A stretch of DNA of 64,000 nucleotides, taken from contig CBDCTK010000002.1 in assembly GCA_965222225.1 (NCBI GenBank), positions 4,704,001 through 4,768,000 of the forward strand, given 5' to 3'. Source of the stretch: Candidatus Poribacteria bacterium (GTDB lineage: Bacteria; Poribacteria; WGA-4E; JAJDTR01). The notes under the pieces are model-generated. The model did not search any database. It was not told the origin of the DNA and was given only the letters and a program-made list of their open reading frames with translations. The position numbers and the translations under genes are program-made. Shown in pieces: positions 60,016 to 64,000 of this stretch. Within the stretch, counting starts at the first letter, position 1. Every line of letters begins with the position of its first letter.

Positions 60016-60831
60016 CTACCGGGCACGTTTCAACTCGCCCCAAGTGAAGGCAAGTTTCTCCAAAGAATTTTCGACCGCCAGAGCCTGCGCTTTTTCGTAG
60101 TTTCGCACAATCTCAGCTTGAGTCAAGGCTCTATTGTAGATCTTGACTTCATCGATCACTCCCTCAAAGCCTTCTGGGCCGCCCCCGCCCGTCATAGCCC
60201 CGATGGTGAGATCTGTCGGATCAACTATAGGGGTACCCGCCCAAGTTCGCTTGTTTCGCAACTCGGTGTCCACGTAGATGAGCATTTCTCTGCCGTTGTA
60301 AGTACCGACAAGGTTGTACCAGACATCCGCCTCAAGGGGGTTTTTCCTAGTGCTTGACGAAATGAAAAATCCTCCCGTCATCTGCGCGGAAACGCTTTGG
60401 CTGAACTTTTTCCAGTCTGTATGGTGCCAGGTTAGAGCGTAGTTGGCGCCACTGACGCCCTTCGTCAAAATTCGGCTATTCTTTTGTTCGTTCGCCACCT
60501 CATCAGCTTTGATCCAGGCATCAACCGTAAAGTCTTTGAGTTCCAATTCCTTGGCGCCGAATATTTCAATATATTCGCTGCCGTCAAATTGCATAGCATT
60601 GCGGATTATGCCTTCAACCATTTTTGGATTTCCTTTTATGGATCCATCGTTTGTGCGGACAGCATCTTTAATCTTCCCTTGGGTGATGGCATCAAATGCC
60701 CATCGCCCGACAAGACCTTCCGATATAAACTGCGCCTCTGCTACCGTTCCACCGCAAATGGAACCCGCAACAATCGCCACGGCGAGAAGTAGCATTAATG
60801 ATTTTTCGTTCAACATTTGCTCTCCTTTCAT
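60016..60831 (-). CDS. Secreted LamG/concanavalin-like domain protein
   Basis: GLVGRWAFD, FTVDAWIK, FEGVIDEVKIYNRALT; tail KLAFTWGELK. Confidence 0.9.
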   Translation of the reverse strand: MKGEQMLNEKSLMLLLAVAIVAGSICGGTVAEAQFISEGLVGRWAFDAITQGKIKDAVRTNDGSIKGNPKMVEGIIRNAMQFDGSEYIEIFGAKELELKDFTVDAWIKADEVANEQKNSRILTKGVSGANYALTWHHTDWKKFSQSVSAQMTGGFFISSSTRKNPLEADVWYNLVGTYNGREMLIYVDTELRNKRTWAGTPIVDPTDLTIGAMTGGGGPEGFEGVIDEVKIYNRALTQAEIVRNYEKAQALAVENSLEKLAFTWGELKRAR

Positions 60832-60997
60832 GTAATTCTGAGATGATTCAACATCTACGGCAATTCCGATGGACTTTGGTGAGATTAAACAATCGAATGA
60901 ATTTTTGCCTACTCGTTTATTGGAATGGGGTAACAGCAGAACGCGGAACTAGATAGACTGTTGACTACGGAATTTTCGCCGGATAGAGGTATCCCAT

Positions 60998-61774
60998 CTA
61001 TCGCGCACGCTTTATGCTTCCCCACGTGACAGCGAGTTTTGAAGCCGCTTCGACGGCCTGACCGCCCCTAGATCTGAAGTTTTGCTGAACCTCCTTGTCG
61101 TTCAATTCTCGGCTATAGAGGAGGACTTCGTCGATTGCACCCGGAAACGTGCACACTGGGCCACAGGGAATATCATCGCCGATGATGAGGGTGTTATTGG
61201 ACTGCGTCGGTACGGCGTTGCCGAATTCAAATCGTCTTCCGTCTTTATAAAAGATGACCAGATTCGGCGTATAAATCACTACCGTATGTTGCCACACATT
61301 GAAGTCTGCTCTTGGTCCCGGCTGCCAATCGCCTCCTTTACCAACCTGAACCTCCCATTTGTCGTGGCGGTAGCCGTATCCCCGGTCCCAACCGCCGTCG
61401 TCGCCATTCATGACCGACCCCCAAGCGACATGCCTCTTGTAGGGTTTCGCCCAAGCCATCATGGTAAGATTTTCATATTGCCTCGAAGTAATTTGCAAGC
61501 CGGTGTCAACAAAATGTCCGTTTTGGTTTCCAAATTCTAGCGCATCCCCAAATTTTCCTTTTACGCTCTTGATTGACGCGCCGTTTATGGTGGCATCGTT
61601 GTTTCCGGCAAGGTCTTCAACCTTGTCGCCTTTGATGGTGTCATCGTCAAAGGACCAGTAACCGATCAGACCCTTCCGGACATTTTGAGCGTCTGCCGAT
61701 ACAATTGCCAACAGCGTCACTGAGATTGACACTGCAAACAGCACACTAATGGTTTTGGTTGTAATTTCAATCAT
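60998..61774 (-). CDS. Secreted LamG domain protein
   Basis: GLIGYWSFD, GAIDEVLLYSREL; tail AVEAASKLAVTWGSIK. Confidence 0.9.
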   Translation of the reverse strand: MIEITTKTISVLFAVSISVTLLAIVSADAQNVRKGLIGYWSFDDDTIKGDKVEDLAGNNDATINGASIKSVKGKFGDALEFGNQNGHFVDTGLQITSRQYENLTMMAWAKPYKRHVAWGSVMNGDDGGWDRGYGYRHDKWEVQVGKGGDWQPGPRADFNVWQHTVVIYTPNLVIFYKDGRRFEFGNAVPTQSNNTLIIGDDIPCGPVCTFPGAIDEVLLYSRELNDKEVQQNFRSRGGQAVEAASKLAVTWGSIKRAR

Positions 61775-62023
61775 TGGTTCTGAATCGTCATCAAATTCAT
61801 GATAAAAAAACTCTTGCTCTTACACAGTCGAATATCAAGGTCTCGTCCGAGCAATAAACTGCGCTTCAACGGAGATGTACCGTTACAAAACACATTCTAT
61901 CACAAGGCAACCGGATAGATACGCAGATTTGGAACGCCGCAAATAAAGAAACTCCACGTCGCAAGAAAGGTGAGACCTCTCTCGCAACGTGAAGCAAAAG
62001 GATAAAGACTTGATGGCTCGATC

Positions 62024-62800
62024 TTACCGTAAGGTTTTAATCTCACCCCAAGAAACAGCAATTTTACCGGTACTCTCCACGGCGGTGCCACCTTGGTAGT
62101 TCTGCTGCACCTCGGCGTCAGTCAACTCACGCCCGTAGACACGAACCTCATCAACAGCGCCCGGGAAGGTACAATTCGGACCGCAAGGAATGTCGTCGCC
62201 GATCATGAAAGGCTGAATCGATTCGGTCGGATCTGCTTCGTCGAATTCATAGCGATCGCCATTCCAATAGAAGATGACGAGATCCGGCGTATAAATGACA
62301 ACCGTGTGCTGCCATGTATTCAACACGGCTTCAGGACCTGGCTGCCATTCGCCGCCCTTGCCAACCTGAATTTCCCACAAGACATTTCGATAACCGTAGC
62401 CTCTATCCCAACCGCCATCGTCTCCGCCCATCATGGCTCCAAAGGCTTCGTGCTCCATATACGGATTCGCCCAAGCTTCCATGGTGAGGGACTCGAACTC
62501 GTTCGAGTTAATGAGAAGGTCGGTCAAGGCAAAATGCCCATTTTCGCTATTAAACTCCACCGCTTCATTCACTTGCCCCGGTACATGCTTGATGGGAAAG
62601 TTGAACACGGCGTCGTGATTACCGGCGAGGTCATCGCACGTGTCGCCCGCGCAGGTATCTGCATCGAAAGGAATATAGAGCTCCAGTCCATCCGTAACGT
62701 GTTGAGCAGATGCCAATGAGGTGTAACCGGCAAAAGCAACTGTTACTGACACGATAAAGAGTAGTGTGAAACTCTTGTGAAACACTGCATGTCTAGCCAC
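62024..62800 (-). CDS. Secreted LamG domain protein, paralog of 60998..61774
   Basis: Shared GDDGGWDRGYGYR, QVGKGGxWQPGP, IGDDIPCGPxCTFPGA; tail AVESTGKIAVSWGEIK. Confidence 0.9.
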   Translation of the reverse strand: MARHAVFHKSFTLLFIVSVTVAFAGYTSLASAQHVTDGLELYIPFDADTCAGDTCDDLAGNHDAVFNFPIKHVPGQVNEAVEFNSENGHFALTDLLINSNEFESLTMEAWANPYMEHEAFGAMMGGDDGGWDRGYGYRNVLWEIQVGKGGEWQPGPEAVLNTWQHTVVIYTPDLVIFYWNGDRYEFDEADPTESIQPFMIGDDIPCGPNCTFPGAVDEVRVYGRELTDAEVQQNYQGGTAVESTGKIAVSWGEIKTLR

Positions 62801-62920
62801 TATTTGTTCTCCTTAGTAAACTTGCGTTGTGAAGGGAAGATTCCCCATTTAAGTGTCTGCCTGAATCGCCTACCTGTGCATACAACACCACACAAAGAGG
62901 CTTCAAGCATAACAAGAATC

Positions 62921-62973
62921 GACTATCACTACATGTGATAGTCTGTTATAGGAAGGGCCACAGACCCTCCTAC
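62921..62973. repeat. Hairpin followed by a GTAG-type REP
   Basis: GACTATCAC-tacat-GTGATAGTC (62921-62943), then GGAAGGGCC-aca-GACCCTCC-TAC (62951-62973). Confidence 0.6.
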
Positions 62974-63080
62974 ACCGGTAAAACAAGTCGTCCAGGTTTT
63001 TGTAGCCCCAAATACCCAATCTTGTCCGAAATCCTCGTGAGAGTGGCGCTACTCCACCAACGGGATACGCATGGACTCCG

Positions 63081-63842
63081 TTACAAAACATCCAAGACAC
63101 ATTTCGCCGCGTCGCTTAATCGATCGCGTGTTTCCGTCCTGAGGTATTGGCGTTGATTGGTTTGTGGATTCTGGTCCCGACGACAGAAAGCCGAATGAAT
63201 GACACGACGCGGAGCCGTGGTTTTATTCAGCGCTCCGCCGTGCCAAAGATGTGAGTTGAAAACCAGTACAGAACCGGCAGGTGCCACAACCTGAATCTCG
63301 TCAGGTTGTGTGGAAACGGGATCTGCTAATTCATCTTGCGGTCTTTTCTCACTGCGATGAGACCCGGGAACGATTCGCGTTGCGCCATTCTCCACAGTGA
63401 AATCGTCTAGCAACCATCCGGAGTTACAGACGTAATAATCTCCCGGCACAACGGGACTGTCCCAATCCGAGTGCAATCCCTGTAATCCGGCGTTTGGCAA
63501 CGCGGCTCGACTATTCAGCGAATTCAACTTCAGTTCTGGTCCGAGGACATTAACTATAGCCGCAAGCAAGCATGGATGCGTAAAACAGATTTCGAAGATC
63601 GGGTCTTTGTTGACCAGATTTGCCAGTCTTGCGGTGCCCTCCTCCTGGTGCACCTCAAGGCCCGCCTTATCTCCCTCCTCTTCCAGGAGTCCATCCAAGC
63701 AGTCGGCAAGCGCGCGGATTTTGGCATCCGAGAGCATGTTCGAAAGTATCAGGTATCCGTCCTCGTCAAGGCGGTGCTTTTCCTCACCCGATAAGGTATC
63801 ATCTCTCACACCTAACGATTGAAGGGCATCTTTGATATTCAT
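63081..63842 (-). CDS. PhyH-family dioxygenase
   Basis: LHSDW, LDDFTVENGATRIVPGSH, NSHLWHGG. Confidence 0.92.
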   Translation of the reverse strand: MNIKDALQSLGVRDDTLSGEEKHRLDEDGYLILSNMLSDAKIRALADCLDGLLEEEGDKAGLEVHQEEGTARLANLVNKDPIFEICFTHPCLLAAIVNVLGPELKLNSLNSRAALPNAGLQGLHSDWDSPVVPGDYYVCNSGWLLDDFTVENGATRIVPGSHRSEKRPQDELADPVSTQPDEIQVVAPAGSVLVFNSHLWHGGALNKTTAPRRVIHSAFCRRDQNPQTNQRQYLRTETRDRLSDAAKCVLDVL

Positions 63843-64000
63843 GGTTCCTCACTATTCACTAACTGATTGTAGTAACAGGAATACCTAGCAATCTCCTATT
63901 TTCGTCGGACGTGAAGCGCCAACTACACAAGACAGTTGTCCGCACTCAATTCTACTGCTTGGACACTGTGAGCGGTAAATGGCGTATCTTCTACTACACG

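Noticed and set aside
62093-62719. 208-aa plus-strand ORF, similar to 61082..61540
   Set aside because: Both are antisense shadows of the paralogous LamG genes, which explains their similarity.

Overview
Bacterial, Gram-negative, gene-dense window with most genes on the minus strand. Gene content (several PhyH dioxygenases, LamG and TolB-like secreted proteins with a shared TWGxxK tail, a FlgD-type CTD protease) suggests Candidatus Poribacteria or a relative; this is inference. Layout: a lpxL-lptCAB-rpoN-hpf-hprK operon; orphan ureEFG; a mixed block with frameshifted genes; gltX/glnS; a 1483-aa S8 protease; htpG; a type I R-M locus carrying four cargo genes (hypothetical, GHKL-histidine kinase, response regulator, decayed ABC ATPase); an IS5-family element; a PhyH/sugar-catabolism cluster; and an array of secreted beta-propeller and LamG proteins. 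The most unusual signal is a ~35-bp non-coding element (consensus GGATCTCTATCGCRCTCRYTATYCAYTCGCTTGAT) found 7 times. In the six full-length copies it sits inside a GTAG-type REP hairpin, of four different types, and removing it restores the hairpin. Other leads: the R-M-embedded two-component module, an MNT-HsdS fusion, a candidate C-terminal sorting signal, PhyH paralogs with an HxH...H metal site, and an ~80-aa insertion in sigma-54. No rRNA, tRNA or CRISPR array was seen.
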